Assembly (NCBI GenBank): GCA_964439585.1
Contig: CAYTOP010000005.1
Location: 1 to 35,662 of the forward strand
Direction of reading: 5' to 3'
DNA from: an uncultured Gammaproteobacteria bacterium
GTDB lineage: Bacteria; Patescibacteriota; Microgenomatia; UBA8517
Length of the DNA stretch: 35,662 bases
The notes under the pieces were generated by a model, which had not been told where the DNA came from, made no database searches, and saw nothing but the letters and a program-made list of their open reading frames with translations. Below, piece by piece: positions 17,199 through 26,308 of this stretch. Every line of letters begins with the position of its first letter. Within the stretch, counting starts at the first letter, position 1. The position numbers and the translations under genes are program-made.

Positions 17199-18057
17199 AT
17201 AAAAGCACTCCGTACTTAAATAATAGCACTCCAGTCTCATCTGTTTGCATCTCGATATTCACAGGTCGTACAAGAAAAGGTAAGTTTTGAATTTCATTAA
17301 GATCTTGCTCAATTTGGTCCCAACTTCCTATCATTTTTATGGTAACAGGTATACCACTATTGCCAGTCCTATCGACAACCGGCTGTTGACTAGCAAAAGT
17401 TATTTCTGAAACAGTTCCACCTTCTTTTAATTTATCTACCGATGAAACATAATTTACAACTCCAGATTCGTCTAAAAACAAATCCTGTAGGGCTTCGGCT
17501 TTTTTCGAACTTTTTTCGAGATCTACAGATTCTAATTCTACTTTGGATTGGCTTTCAATGTTTTCATTTCTAAGCATTTTTACCTCATCAGCTTTTTCGG
17601 GAATTCTAACTAAAAGAACAATTAGAAGTATTACCGTAATTACATTAATTATTCCCAAAATTACATCTTTAGAAGAAAACGGCATGTTATCGAGTTTTCC
17701 ATCAGCTGTATCTTCTGAATCCTCGTTGCTGGAAAGCTCGTTATCCTGTGCTGAGTGTTTGGTTGCAGTCTTGCCGGATGTCATGGCTTCTTGATTGTTA
17801 GTTTTACTCTCTTCTATTGGTTTGTCGTCGGTCGGAGGTGAAGGTGTGCGTTTTGGTGTTTCCTCCATCTTAGGCATTTCATTAGTTTTTTCTTGTTTTT
17901 CCGCAACTACCAAACTATCTTGGGAGGTATCATCATCATTTTTTGTATAGTTAGGAAGTTCCTTCATGTCGGTTAAATATCTTTCAGCGTCACCCTTTGC
18001 GACTTCTTTATCCAAATCCTCTTTTTTCATTTTAATATCTTTTTTTATATCGCTCAT
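17167..18057 (-). CDS. PilO-like pilus alignment protein with long acidic N-terminal extension
   Basis: 296 aa. About 130 aa of low-complexity acidic, Pro/Ser/Thr-rich sequence precede one TM (VILGIINVITVILLIVLLV). A C-terminal alpha/beta domain follows. Its position right after PilM-PilN supports the call, which rests on position and topology only. Confidence 0.45.
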   Translation of the reverse strand: MSDIKKDIKMKKEDLDKEVAKGDAERYLTDMKELPNYTKNDDDTSQDSLVVAEKQEKTNEMPKMEETPKRTPSPPTDDKPIEESKTNNQEAMTSGKTATKHSAQDNELSSNEDSEDTADGKLDNMPFSSKDVILGIINVITVILLIVLLVRIPEKADEVKMLRNENIESQSKVELESVDLEKSSKKAEALQDLFLDESGVVNYVSSVDKLKEGGTVSEITFASQQPVVDRTGNSGIPVTIKMIGSWDQIEQDLNEIQNLPFLVRPVNIEMQTDETGVLLFKYGVLLYVNKDLGKTR

Positions 18058-19493
18058 TTTTTCGAGTCCTTTTTCTCAAGCCTACTTGTAACTGGAACAT
18101 AATTCATGCTTAAGCCAAAGTTGATATTATTCTCGGCTTCGAAACTAGATATTGGAATGTTGATAGATGCAAAATCATTACTAGTTGAGAGTGATTGTTT
18201 TAAATCAACAATGTCTTGCCTTGTCAAAGCAGTACCTTTTAAATTTAAAACACCTTTATCCAAATCTAATTTGTAATCTGTAATTACCACGCCGATTGGT
18301 TTAAGAGCTAATATTTGATTTATTACAACTTGCGCAGATACTTGAGCATCTTTAATCTTTAGTATATTGGTTGCAATTGTGTTTATTTCTTTAACCTTAT
18401 CAACCAGCTGCTGTCGTTGTTTAGCAACACTTGTTGGATTCTCCCTTTCTTGTTTTAGAGACGAAATCTGCTGTATAAAAAGAATATAAATTCCCACAGA
18501 TACTAGAAACGAAGTCCACACAAAAAGTGTAATAGTCAATGTCAAACTCCAAGATTGCACCCTTCTTTTCGCCAAGGTGTATTTTTTTACAAGCTCTGAA
18601 GGGAGTAAATTAATACTATATTCATCAGAAGGCTCAGTTGGCTCCTTAGTTTGAAGTGATATTGGAATCAAATATTTTTGTAGTTCTTGCTGGCTTTTTA
18701 CACCCTTAATGTCAGGAGATATAATTTCTACCGGAATTTTTAACTCATTGCCTAAAAGTTTTGGGATAGATTCTTCTATGTTTTCTCCACCTATCAATAT
18801 TTTCTCTACCTTAACCTGTTTGTAATGGTTTATAATTCGTTTTGCAGTCGAAAGAATTTCAGATGTGTCATTGGCGATAATTACCGAACTTCCCAATATC
18901 TTTTCGCCATCTGCAATTACAGTAACTCCTTCATCCCAATACTTATAAATAATTACTCTGCCCATTGACTGCGAAACTGCAATTCGTGCAAGAGCTAGTG
19001 AGGGCGTTTCCACCATAAGAGGAAACAAACCAGCCTTTTCGCAAGATGAAATGTAACCCTCCAAATTATCTTTGTTTGTTGCAATCGCCAAGACTTGATA
19101 GTTCTTCTCTTCCGTTTTAACTATCTTCCAATCCATTACCATATTTATTGGATTTTCAGGCAAGAAATCTTGAGCTTGCCATCGGACAGCCTCATCAAGT
19201 TCACTTATGTTAATTTTTGGTAGATTAAGAAGTTTTGTAAAAGTCGAAAATTCCGGAATTACAATCCCCACCGATCTCTCCCCGATTTTTATTTTCTGCC
19301 AAACACCCTTAAGGATCTTGGCCATGGTATCAATATTTGTTATTCCGTGATCTTTGATTAAGCCGTTTGGAAGGTCAACTGTGGCGTGCTTTACGATTTT
19401 TTTTCGGGCAGAATCAAGTTGAAGTACTTGAACTCGACTTGTAGAAAAAAATATGGATACAAAATTAGTTTTTATCATGGCAGAATTTAACAA
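18054..19493 (-). CDS. pilM: PilM-PilN fusion protein (actin-like ATPase fold + INLLP-motif TM protein)
   Basis: 479 aa. The N-terminal ~290 aa are PilM-like (VSIFFSTSRVQVLQL... and two actin-like halves). Next comes SINLLPSELVKK, a TM helix (WSLTLTITLFVWTSFLVSVGIYILF), a coiled coil and a C-terminal domain, as in PilN. The true start may be the ATG at 19478. Confidence 0.75.
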   Translation of the reverse strand: MLNSAMIKTNFVSIFFSTSRVQVLQLDSARKKIVKHATVDLPNGLIKDHGITNIDTMAKILKGVWQKIKIGERSVGIVIPEFSTFTKLLNLPKINISELDEAVRWQAQDFLPENPINMVMDWKIVKTEEKNYQVLAIATNKDNLEGYISSCEKAGLFPLMVETPSLALARIAVSQSMGRVIIYKYWDEGVTVIADGEKILGSSVIIANDTSEILSTAKRIINHYKQVKVEKILIGGENIEESIPKLLGNELKIPVEIISPDIKGVKSQQELQKYLIPISLQTKEPTEPSDEYSINLLPSELVKKYTLAKRRVQSWSLTLTITLFVWTSFLVSVGIYILFIQQISSLKQERENPTSVAKQRQQLVDKVKEINTIATNILKIKDAQVSAQVVINQILALKPIGVVITDYKLDLDKGVLNLKGTALTRQDIVDLKQSLSTSNDFASINIPISSFEAENNINFGLSMNYVPVTSRLEKKDSKK

Positions 19494-20895
19494 AAAGCGA
19501 CACCCACAGCAGCACGGCTTTTCTAAATTATGGCAGATGATATACTTAATATCAATGCGTCTGCCTAAGTATAAACACCTTCTTGGTGGTCAAATTTTAA
19601 TCGGAATTCTTATATCGATTGGTGTATTTGCCATACTAGCAAACGCTTTGTTCACCTTGATACTTACTTCGTACCAGTTTATCAGCTACAACAAGGCGCG
19701 AATAACAGCAAGACAAATTGCACAGGAGAAACTCGAACTTATCAAGAATCTTCCTTACAACGAAATTGGGACAATTGGTGGAGTCCCCACAAGTACAGTT
19801 GTTGCACAAACCGAGGATACTATTAGAAATGGCTTAAACTTCCGCACAAAAGTTGATATCGTTTACATCGATGATTCCCTAAATGGCACAGGTCCTCCGA
19901 ACGACGCTGATTACAAAAGGGTAAGGGTTGAGGTGTCATGGGGGGGCATTGCCGAGTCAAGATATAGTCCAATTGTTCTCATTACCGACATAGCACCCCA
20001 GAAATCCGTACCTTCAACGGGAGGAACATTAAATATTCTGGTTTTTAATGCAAATGGCGACCCAGTTCCCGGAGCAACTGTAGATATCATCGCGGCTTCA
20101 GCAAGTCCACCCGTAAGCTTATCTCAATTAACTGATTCGGATGGTAAAATTTCGCTGCCAGGAACCCCAGCATGTAATGCTTGCTACAAAATAACAGTAA
20201 CCAGAGCGGGCTATAATTCAGATAGAACTTATTCCACTGTTGATGTGTCAAATCCACTCAAGCCAGACGCCACGGTTCTTACCGCCCAAGAAACTCAAGT
20301 AAGTTTCGCAATCGATGAAGTAGGCTCAATTGATATTTCTTCGGTAAGCGATAAAAGTGCCGGCTTTAGCCCAATTGCAAATGTGTCATTCGAGCTTAGG
20401 GGTTCCAAATTAATTGGAACAGACAGTTCAGGTCAGCCGGTTTACAAATACGATAAAGTGCTCACTACAGACTCTGGGGGAAACTTAGCGGTAATTAACT
20501 TGGAATGGGATAATTACCAAGTTCAAATGCCCGCGTCTACTTCCTACGATATTGGCGGGATGGCCCCAATTCCTCCACTTAACCTTGCCCCAGCAGGAGA
20601 CTTAAGTTTTACATTTGTAGCCATTCCACATACCGACTATTCATTACTAACCATAGTTAAAAATACTGCACAAAACCTTTTGGACAATGCCTTTCCTACA
20701 TTAGATGATGGTGCAGGAAATCTGCAAACCATCCAAACAGGTGACTCAACCGATCCGGACTTTGGGCAGGCATTCTTTTCAGGCTTAAATGCAGCCGACT
20801 ATACATTAACAGCAACTGCATCCGGCTATCTAAATTATTCCAATTTGGAAACCATAACGGGCAATAACCTAGAAACTATAATTATGGGTCCATAA
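19453..20895 (+). CDS. Large pilin-like / pilus-associated protein with non-canonical N-terminal helix and CarboxypepD_reg-like beta-sandwich
   Basis: 480-aa track ORF. The start is uncertain: in-frame ATGs at 19477, 19537 and 19555 would avoid overlap with divergent pilM. The N-terminus is ...KHLLGGQILIGILISIGVFAILANALFTLIL, a hydrophobic helix after GG with no Glu at +5. GGTLNILVFNANGDPVPGATVDII...DSDGKISLPG...YKITVTRAGY is typical of carboxypeptidase-regulatory-like domains. Confidence 0.6.
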   Translation: MDTKLVFIMAEFNKKRHPQQHGFSKLWQMIYLISMRLPKYKHLLGGQILIGILISIGVFAILANALFTLILTSYQFISYNKARITARQIAQEKLELIKNLPYNEIGTIGGVPTSTVVAQTEDTIRNGLNFRTKVDIVYIDDSLNGTGPPNDADYKRVRVEVSWGGIAESRYSPIVLITDIAPQKSVPSTGGTLNILVFNANGDPVPGATVDIIAASASPPVSLSQLTDSDGKISLPGTPACNACYKITVTRAGYNSDRTYSTVDVSNPLKPDATVLTAQETQVSFAIDEVGSIDISSVSDKSAGFSPIANVSFELRGSKLIGTDSSGQPVYKYDKVLTTDSGGNLAVINLEWDNYQVQMPASTSYDIGGMAPIPPLNLAPAGDLSFTFVAIPHTDYSLLTIVKNTAQNLLDNAFPTLDDGAGNLQTIQTGDSTDPDFGQAFFSGLNAADYTLTATASGYLNYSNLETITGNNLETIIMGP

Positions 20896-20899
20896 AGTC

Positions 20900-21526
20900 A
20901 TGAAACACAAAAAATTTAACAGAAACAACAGATCGGGGTTTACCTTGATCGAAGTTCTTGTAGCATCGGCTCTTTTGGTTATCATCGGAGCCGGCTACCT
21001 TGGTCTTCAATATATTATGAGTAAGAGCCAGGTGGTTGTCTTTAATAGCTACTTATCCGTTGAAGAATCAAACAGCATCCTGACTCAAATGATAACTGAA
21101 CTTCGAAATGCAAGACAAAGCGACGATGGTGCTTATCTAATCGACACCGCCGACGATCAAGAAATTATCTTTTACTCCGATACGGAACGCGATGGCACCG
21201 TAGAAAGAGTTAGATATACACTTAACGGAAATCAGCTTTTTAAGGGGGTTACAAAACCAACCGGCAATCCGCCGACTTATGACCTTGCCCAAGAAAAAGT
21301 GAAGATTTTAAGCTCTAACGTCAGAAACGGAAGTCAACCTATCTTTTTTTATTACAATGAATATTGGCCGACAGACACAACGAATAACCCGCTTCCAGTC
21401 GCAAGTAGAATTTCGGACACAAGACTTGTTAAGGTAGAAATAATAATTAACACTAAACCAAATGACCCCACAACCGACTTTGTATTACAATCTCAAGCTG
21501 CTATTAGAATGCTAAGATTAAATTAA
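20900..21526 (+). CDS. Minor pilin (prepilin-type N-terminal cleavage/methylation domain)
   Basis: 208 aa with the prepilin signal NRSG/FTLIEVLVASALLVIIGAG. Confidence 0.8.
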   Translation: MKHKKFNRNNRSGFTLIEVLVASALLVIIGAGYLGLQYIMSKSQVVVFNSYLSVEESNSILTQMITELRNARQSDDGAYLIDTADDQEIIFYSDTERDGTVERVRYTLNGNQLFKGVTKPTGNPPTYDLAQEKVKILSSNVRNGSQPIFFYYNEYWPTDTTNNPLPVASRISDTRLVKVEIIINTKPNDPTTDFVLQSQAAIRMLRLN

Positions 21527-21531
21527 CATTA

Positions 21532-22941
21532 ATGAAAAAAACTAAAAAACAAAAAGTGGTACAGGGAATGGTAACACCGCTTATTTTGATTATCTCGACT
21601 GTTTTTATTATTGTCATATATGCGATTCTTTTTGTCCTTGCAATGCAATTTGACTATTCCAATAGACAAGTAGCTTCAGAGGTTGCTTTGCAAATTGCCG
21701 ATGCCGGAATTAACTATTATCGCTGGCACCTTTATGAGTCTCCCAACGATTTTCAAGACGGAACAGGTGTCCCCGGACCGTATATACATGACTACACTGA
21801 CCCTCAAGGTGGCATAACTGGCAAGTTTAGTCTTGAAATAACACCCCCATCACCATCATCACAAATAGTCACAATTGAGTCTACGGCCTGGACAAACCAA
21901 TATCCGAAAGTCAAAAAGATAATTAAAGCCCAATATGGGCGAGTTGCACTCACACAATATGCGTTTTTACACAACGCTAACTTATGGTTTGGTAACGATA
22001 TAACAATTAATGGACCATTATTTTCCAATGGTGGAATAAGGCAAGATGGAACTAACACTTCAACCGTTCAAAGCTCTAAAGCAACTTATATCTGCGGAGC
22101 AGAATCTGGTTGTTCTTCATCTGGCGAAACCAAACCAGGTATTTGGGGAAACGGTAAAATTCAATCGTTATGGCAATTTCCAGTAATCCCTATCGACTTT
22201 GACAGTATTAAAGTCGACTTTAATCAAATGAAGTCGGCTGCACAAAGTAGCGGTCTGTATCTTGCTCCTTCCGGAGCTCAAGGTTACCATCTTGTTTTCA
22301 TTGACGATGGAACCGTTAATGTATTCCAAGTAACTGGAAATAATTACGTCAAAGGTTATTCGCTTGAAAATGGTTGTGAAGATCTATACCAAACAATAAT
22401 TAGTGAAACCTTAATAGGCAACTATCTACTAAGTTCAAATCAAATTATTTTTGCTGAAGATAATCTTTGGGTGGAGGGGGTGGTAAAAGGTAAAACCACA
22501 GTCGTTTCCGCCAGATTCCCCATAGGAACATACGACACGTTCATCTGGATACCCGATAATCTAACCTACTACGATAAAAGCGGGGACTATAGCATAGGGT
22601 TGGTCGCCGAAAAGAATATAATTATGACACGCGATGTACCCGATGACTTGGAAATTGATGGTGCACTTCTTGCCCAAAATGGCCAGATAATAAGACATCA
22701 TTACGGCTATTTTGGCTGCAAATCTCCCGGAACTGATAAAATAAAACACGAGCTGATTATTTATGGTTCCATAATAAGCAATCAACGCTCTTATTGGAAC
22801 TTTAGTAGTGGACCAAAATCCCCAGCATCGGGATTTCAGAAATCAACACTAAACTACGACCCAAACATATACTACAGCCCTCCGCCATATTTCCCTGCGT
22901 CGGGCCAATATAATTTCATTTCTTGGAGTGAAGAACGTTAG
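21532..22941 (+). CDS. PilX-N-like large pilus-associated protein (possible tip/adhesin component)
   Basis: 469 aa. It has a basic N-terminus and a hydrophobic helix (VTPLILIISTVFIIVIYAILFVLA). QVASEVALQIADAGINYY follows, as in PilX N-terminal domains. The rest is a large Gly/Asn/Ser-rich beta region. Confidence 0.55.
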   Translation: MKKTKKQKVVQGMVTPLILIISTVFIIVIYAILFVLAMQFDYSNRQVASEVALQIADAGINYYRWHLYESPNDFQDGTGVPGPYIHDYTDPQGGITGKFSLEITPPSPSSQIVTIESTAWTNQYPKVKKIIKAQYGRVALTQYAFLHNANLWFGNDITINGPLFSNGGIRQDGTNTSTVQSSKATYICGAESGCSSSGETKPGIWGNGKIQSLWQFPVIPIDFDSIKVDFNQMKSAAQSSGLYLAPSGAQGYHLVFIDDGTVNVFQVTGNNYVKGYSLENGCEDLYQTIISETLIGNYLLSSNQIIFAEDNLWVEGVVKGKTTVVSARFPIGTYDTFIWIPDNLTYYDKSGDYSIGLVAEKNIIMTRDVPDDLEIDGALLAQNGQIIRHHYGYFGCKSPGTDKIKHELIIYGSIISNQRSYWNFSSGPKSPASGFQKSTLNYDPNIYYSPPPYFPASGQYNFISWSEER

Positions 22942-22960
22942 AAAAGCTAAAGGATAAATA

Positions 22961-23263
22961 TTATTTAATACAAACTGTATTTGAATTCACGGAAGTTCCA
23001 TTATTCTCACTATTTTCAGCACAACTTTTTTCAAAAGGGTCTTTGTCTTCAAAAAAAATTGTTACATCAGAAGAACCGTTTTCCAAATCACCATTAACAT
23101 CCGCGCTATTTATTGACTGGTCAATATCTATTGGTCCACCATCTAATAAACTAAATGAAGAGGAATATCTAACAGCTTCGATAAATAAATAAATCCCAGC
23201 TACAGAAAAAAGTATTATTAAAATTAGCAGCGCAAGTTTACCTTTGCTAAGTTTTGAGTCCAT
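22961..23263 (-). CDS. Small anchored acidic protein after pilC
   Basis: 100 aa with one TM (LALLILIILFSVAGIYLFI) and an acidic Asn/Ser/Asp-rich tail. Its start overlaps the pilC stop region by 17 nt. Confidence 0.5.
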   Translation of the reverse strand: MDSKLSKGKLALLILIILFSVAGIYLFIEAVRYSSSFSLLDGGPIDIDQSINSADVNGDLENGSSDVTIFFEDKDPFEKSCAENSENNGTSVNSNTVCIK

Positions 23264-24464
23264 TATCTAGTCCCCCTATAATGCTATAAATCGGTGTGAT
23301 CATAATAACAACCATTGTTCCAACTGCTATACCTATTATAAGCATCAAAACAGGCTCTAAAAGTGCTGTTGCTCGCTTGAGCGAATAGTCCACTTCCATT
23401 TCATAAAACGAAGCCATTTCTTCCAAAACTACTTCCAAGCTACCGGTTTTTTCTCCTGCTTTAATTGTTTGAGTCATTGTGGCGGGAAAAAGTTTTTTGT
23501 GTTTAGATAATATTTCAGAAAGCGACTTACCTTTAGAGACTCCCTCACTAAATATCTTGGCTTCTTTTTTGAGCTTGGGTTGAGCAATTACGTCAGATGA
23601 CACATCCAAAGCAACCATGATTGGTACTCCACTTTTAAGTAAGGTAGAAAGTGTTCTTGCAAATCTCGCCACATCTATTTGATTCATTACTTTACTAACC
23701 ACTGGAAGTTTTACGAATAGTGCAAAAATCATAGTTCGAGTCTTCCTTATGTAAAAAAGCATAAACAAAACAAAAATGCCAAAGAAAAATACCCCAAGCG
23801 TTGCAGCAACATTCTCACCCACTGCATTACCAAAATTCAAAATAAACCTAGTTGGAGCAGGGAGTGGAACATTAAGTTGCAAAAAAACTGAGGATAGCTT
23901 TGGTAAAACAAAAACTAGCATGATAACTGCATTTGCAAACATCGCAAGCAAAATTACTGCTGGATACATCATCGAACCTTTAACTTTTTGCGACAACTCG
24001 TAGCTTGATAATAATTGCTTTGCAAGGTAGTCAAATGATTTTTCTAAAGTTCCAGACTCTTCACCGGCTTTTACCATTGTTAAAAAAACAGGATCAAATT
24101 CTGACTTATAATTGCCCATTACTGAGGATAGAGTCTCGCCTTTTCTTCCATGAAAAGAAACGTCAAAAAGAATTTCCTGCATCCGCTTGTTCTGGGATTC
24201 CTGTCGAATAATATCTATTGACTCAGGTAAAGGTAGTCCGGCTCGCAACATCGTCGCCAAAAATCTACAGAAAGATGCTTTTTCAGATATGGGGACGCTC
24301 CCCCTAAAAAACGAACTTTTTTTAGGATTTAATCCCTTGATTGTTAAAACTTGATACTCATCCGAGGTTAACAAGTTTGCCGCTTCTTTCCTACTTCCTG
24401 CCTGAATAACATCTTCGACAATTTCACCTTTTTTATCTTTTGCTTTATACGTAAAAAGTGGCAT
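23247..24464 (-). CDS. pilC: Type IV pilus platform protein PilC (GspF family)
   Basis: 405 aa with two GspF-type repeats (FCRFLATMLRAGLPL..., FARTLSTLLKSGVPI...) and three TM segments. Confidence 0.92.
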   Translation of the reverse strand: MPLFTYKAKDKKGEIVEDVIQAGSRKEAANLLTSDEYQVLTIKGLNPKKSSFFRGSVPISEKASFCRFLATMLRAGLPLPESIDIIRQESQNKRMQEILFDVSFHGRKGETLSSVMGNYKSEFDPVFLTMVKAGEESGTLEKSFDYLAKQLLSSYELSQKVKGSMMYPAVILLAMFANAVIMLVFVLPKLSSVFLQLNVPLPAPTRFILNFGNAVGENVAATLGVFFFGIFVLFMLFYIRKTRTMIFALFVKLPVVSKVMNQIDVARFARTLSTLLKSGVPIMVALDVSSDVIAQPKLKKEAKIFSEGVSKGKSLSEILSKHKKLFPATMTQTIKAGEKTGSLEVVLEEMASFYEMEVDYSLKRATALLEPVLMLIIGIAVGTMVVIMITPIYSIIGGLDNGLKT

Positions 24465-24469
24465 AGCAA

Positions 24470-26152
24470 TTAATTTTCCCTAACTACCCGCAATACCTCC
24501 TCTATAGTGGTAAGACCTGAAGAAACTTTATCTAGACCGTCTTGCAACATTGATGTCATCCCTTCTTCGACGGCTTTGGTTTGAATGTCCTCACTCGTGG
24601 CATGTTCTGTAACAAGTTTACGAATACCCTCGTTAACACTCAAGGCTTCGTAAATACCAATTCGACCGGTATAGCCTTTGTGATTACATTGTTCGCAGCC
24701 CTGACCTTTGTAAAAGTTCTGACCTTCCAAGTCAACGTTTAAGTCTTTGGAAAGCTTTCTTAAAACTGCCGCATCTGGTTTATATTTGGTAATACATGCT
24801 GAACAAATCTTTCTTACAAGTCTTTGGGCAACTACCACATTTAGTGTTGATGCCAACAAAAAGCCTTCAGCTCCCATATCCAAAAACCTCGGAATGGCAC
24901 CTGCAGCAGTATTGGTATGAAGAGTAGATAGAACCAGATGGCCTGTGAGAGCCGAGTGAATTGCAATCTCTGCAGTTTCTTTGTCGCGGATTTCTCCAAC
25001 CATTATTATATCGGGGTCATGCCGCAAAAGAGCTCGTAAACCTGATGCAAAATCAAGACCAGTCTTGGTGTTAACTTGAATCTGACTAACTCTATTAATG
25101 CCATACTCAATAGGATCCTCAATCGTACAAACCTTCACCTCAATCGTATTTAATATATTCATAACAGAATAAAGAGTTGTAGTTTTACCCGAGCCGGTTG
25201 GACCAGTCACCAGTATCATTCCATGCGGTTTTGTGATGTTTTCTCTAATTACTTCAAGGTTGTGACCAGTTAATCCAAGTTCTTCCAAACTGAGAGGCCT
25301 TGCAGATTCCCTTAATAGCCTCATAACAACATTCTCACCATAAAACCCTGGAATTATTGAAATTCTCAAAGATACCACATCATCATCAAGATTGAATTTG
25401 TGCCTTCCATCTTGTGGGACCCGATGTTCGTCAATCTTTAAATTAGAAAGGATTTTAATTCTAGCAACAAGTGCGTCCTCAATGCCACGTGGCAACTTTA
25501 CAATATCTCGTAATATACCGTCGATCCTAAGTCGAACCACCACCTCATCGGCTTGCACTTCGATATGTATATCCGATGCCCTTTCTGCAACAGCATAACC
25601 CAATAAGGTGTCGAGTATTTTAACTATCGGTAGTTTTTCAGCTGCCTTCGCAAGATCTTCATCTCCCGATCCGGCTTTCTTGATATTCTCCTTAATGATT
25701 TTGTCAAAGTCTTTGGTAAGACCCCTTTTATATTGACCAAGAGCCTTGGTTACATCCTCGCGGCTTGCATAGTGGGGTTCCACTTGCATACCGGTGTGAC
25801 GTTTGACAAACTCCATTGCCTCGAAGTTTTCAGGATCTTCCATTGCAAGCTTGAGCTTGTCTCCTTCTTTTCCAAGAGGGACTATTCTGTAAACTCTGGC
25901 CAACTTTTCCGGAATTAAAGCAAGATCCTCATCTGTTATTGTATGTCTTTTTAGGTTTGCGTAGGGGACTTTAAAGTGTTCTGCTATAAGTTTGCCCAGC
26001 GTGTCTTCGTTGATAAATCCTCTGAAAATAAGAACATCGGTAACGTTTTTATCTAGTTCAGCTGAAGACCGAACGGCATCGTTGAAGTCTTTCTCGGATA
26101 CAAATCCAGCACCAACCAATATCTTTTTGAGTGTGTCTGCGGACAGGTTCAT
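24470..26152 (-). CDS. pilB: Type IV pilus assembly ATPase PilB (GspE family)
   Basis: 560 aa with an N-terminal T2SSE_N-type domain. Walker A is GPTGSGKTTT, with the Asp box and Walker B at IMVGEIRD. A tetracysteine motif (CSAC...CEQC) is present. Confidence 0.93.
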   Translation of the reverse strand: MNLSADTLKKILVGAGFVSEKDFNDAVRSSAELDKNVTDVLIFRGFINEDTLGKLIAEHFKVPYANLKRHTITDEDLALIPEKLARVYRIVPLGKEGDKLKLAMEDPENFEAMEFVKRHTGMQVEPHYASREDVTKALGQYKRGLTKDFDKIIKENIKKAGSGDEDLAKAAEKLPIVKILDTLLGYAVAERASDIHIEVQADEVVVRLRIDGILRDIVKLPRGIEDALVARIKILSNLKIDEHRVPQDGRHKFNLDDDVVSLRISIIPGFYGENVVMRLLRESARPLSLEELGLTGHNLEVIRENITKPHGMILVTGPTGSGKTTTLYSVMNILNTIEVKVCTIEDPIEYGINRVSQIQVNTKTGLDFASGLRALLRHDPDIIMVGEIRDKETAEIAIHSALTGHLVLSTLHTNTAAGAIPRFLDMGAEGFLLASTLNVVVAQRLVRKICSACITKYKPDAAVLRKLSKDLNVDLEGQNFYKGQGCEQCNHKGYTGRIGIYEALSVNEGIRKLVTEHATSEDIQTKAVEEGMTSMLQDGLDKVSSGLTTIEEVLRVVREN

Positions 26153-26308
26153 GGCCAGTGTAAAACAAAGAGCTTGGTATCATTATGACATCGAGCAATA
26201 ACTCATGTCCAGAGAGTAAATGTTTAGTAAAAATCTAACTATTACAACACACACGCAATCAGTATTAGCCGAAATATTTATGTAAAAAGTCTAATATGGG
26301 TTCGGTTT

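Noticed and set aside
16959-17240. 93-aa version of the small gene upstream of the pilin.
   Set aside because: The first 14 codons (MRLECYYLSTECFY) overlap the PilO-like gene by 74 nt and look non-coding. The internal ATG at 17198 gives a normal short basic N-terminus followed by a TM helix.
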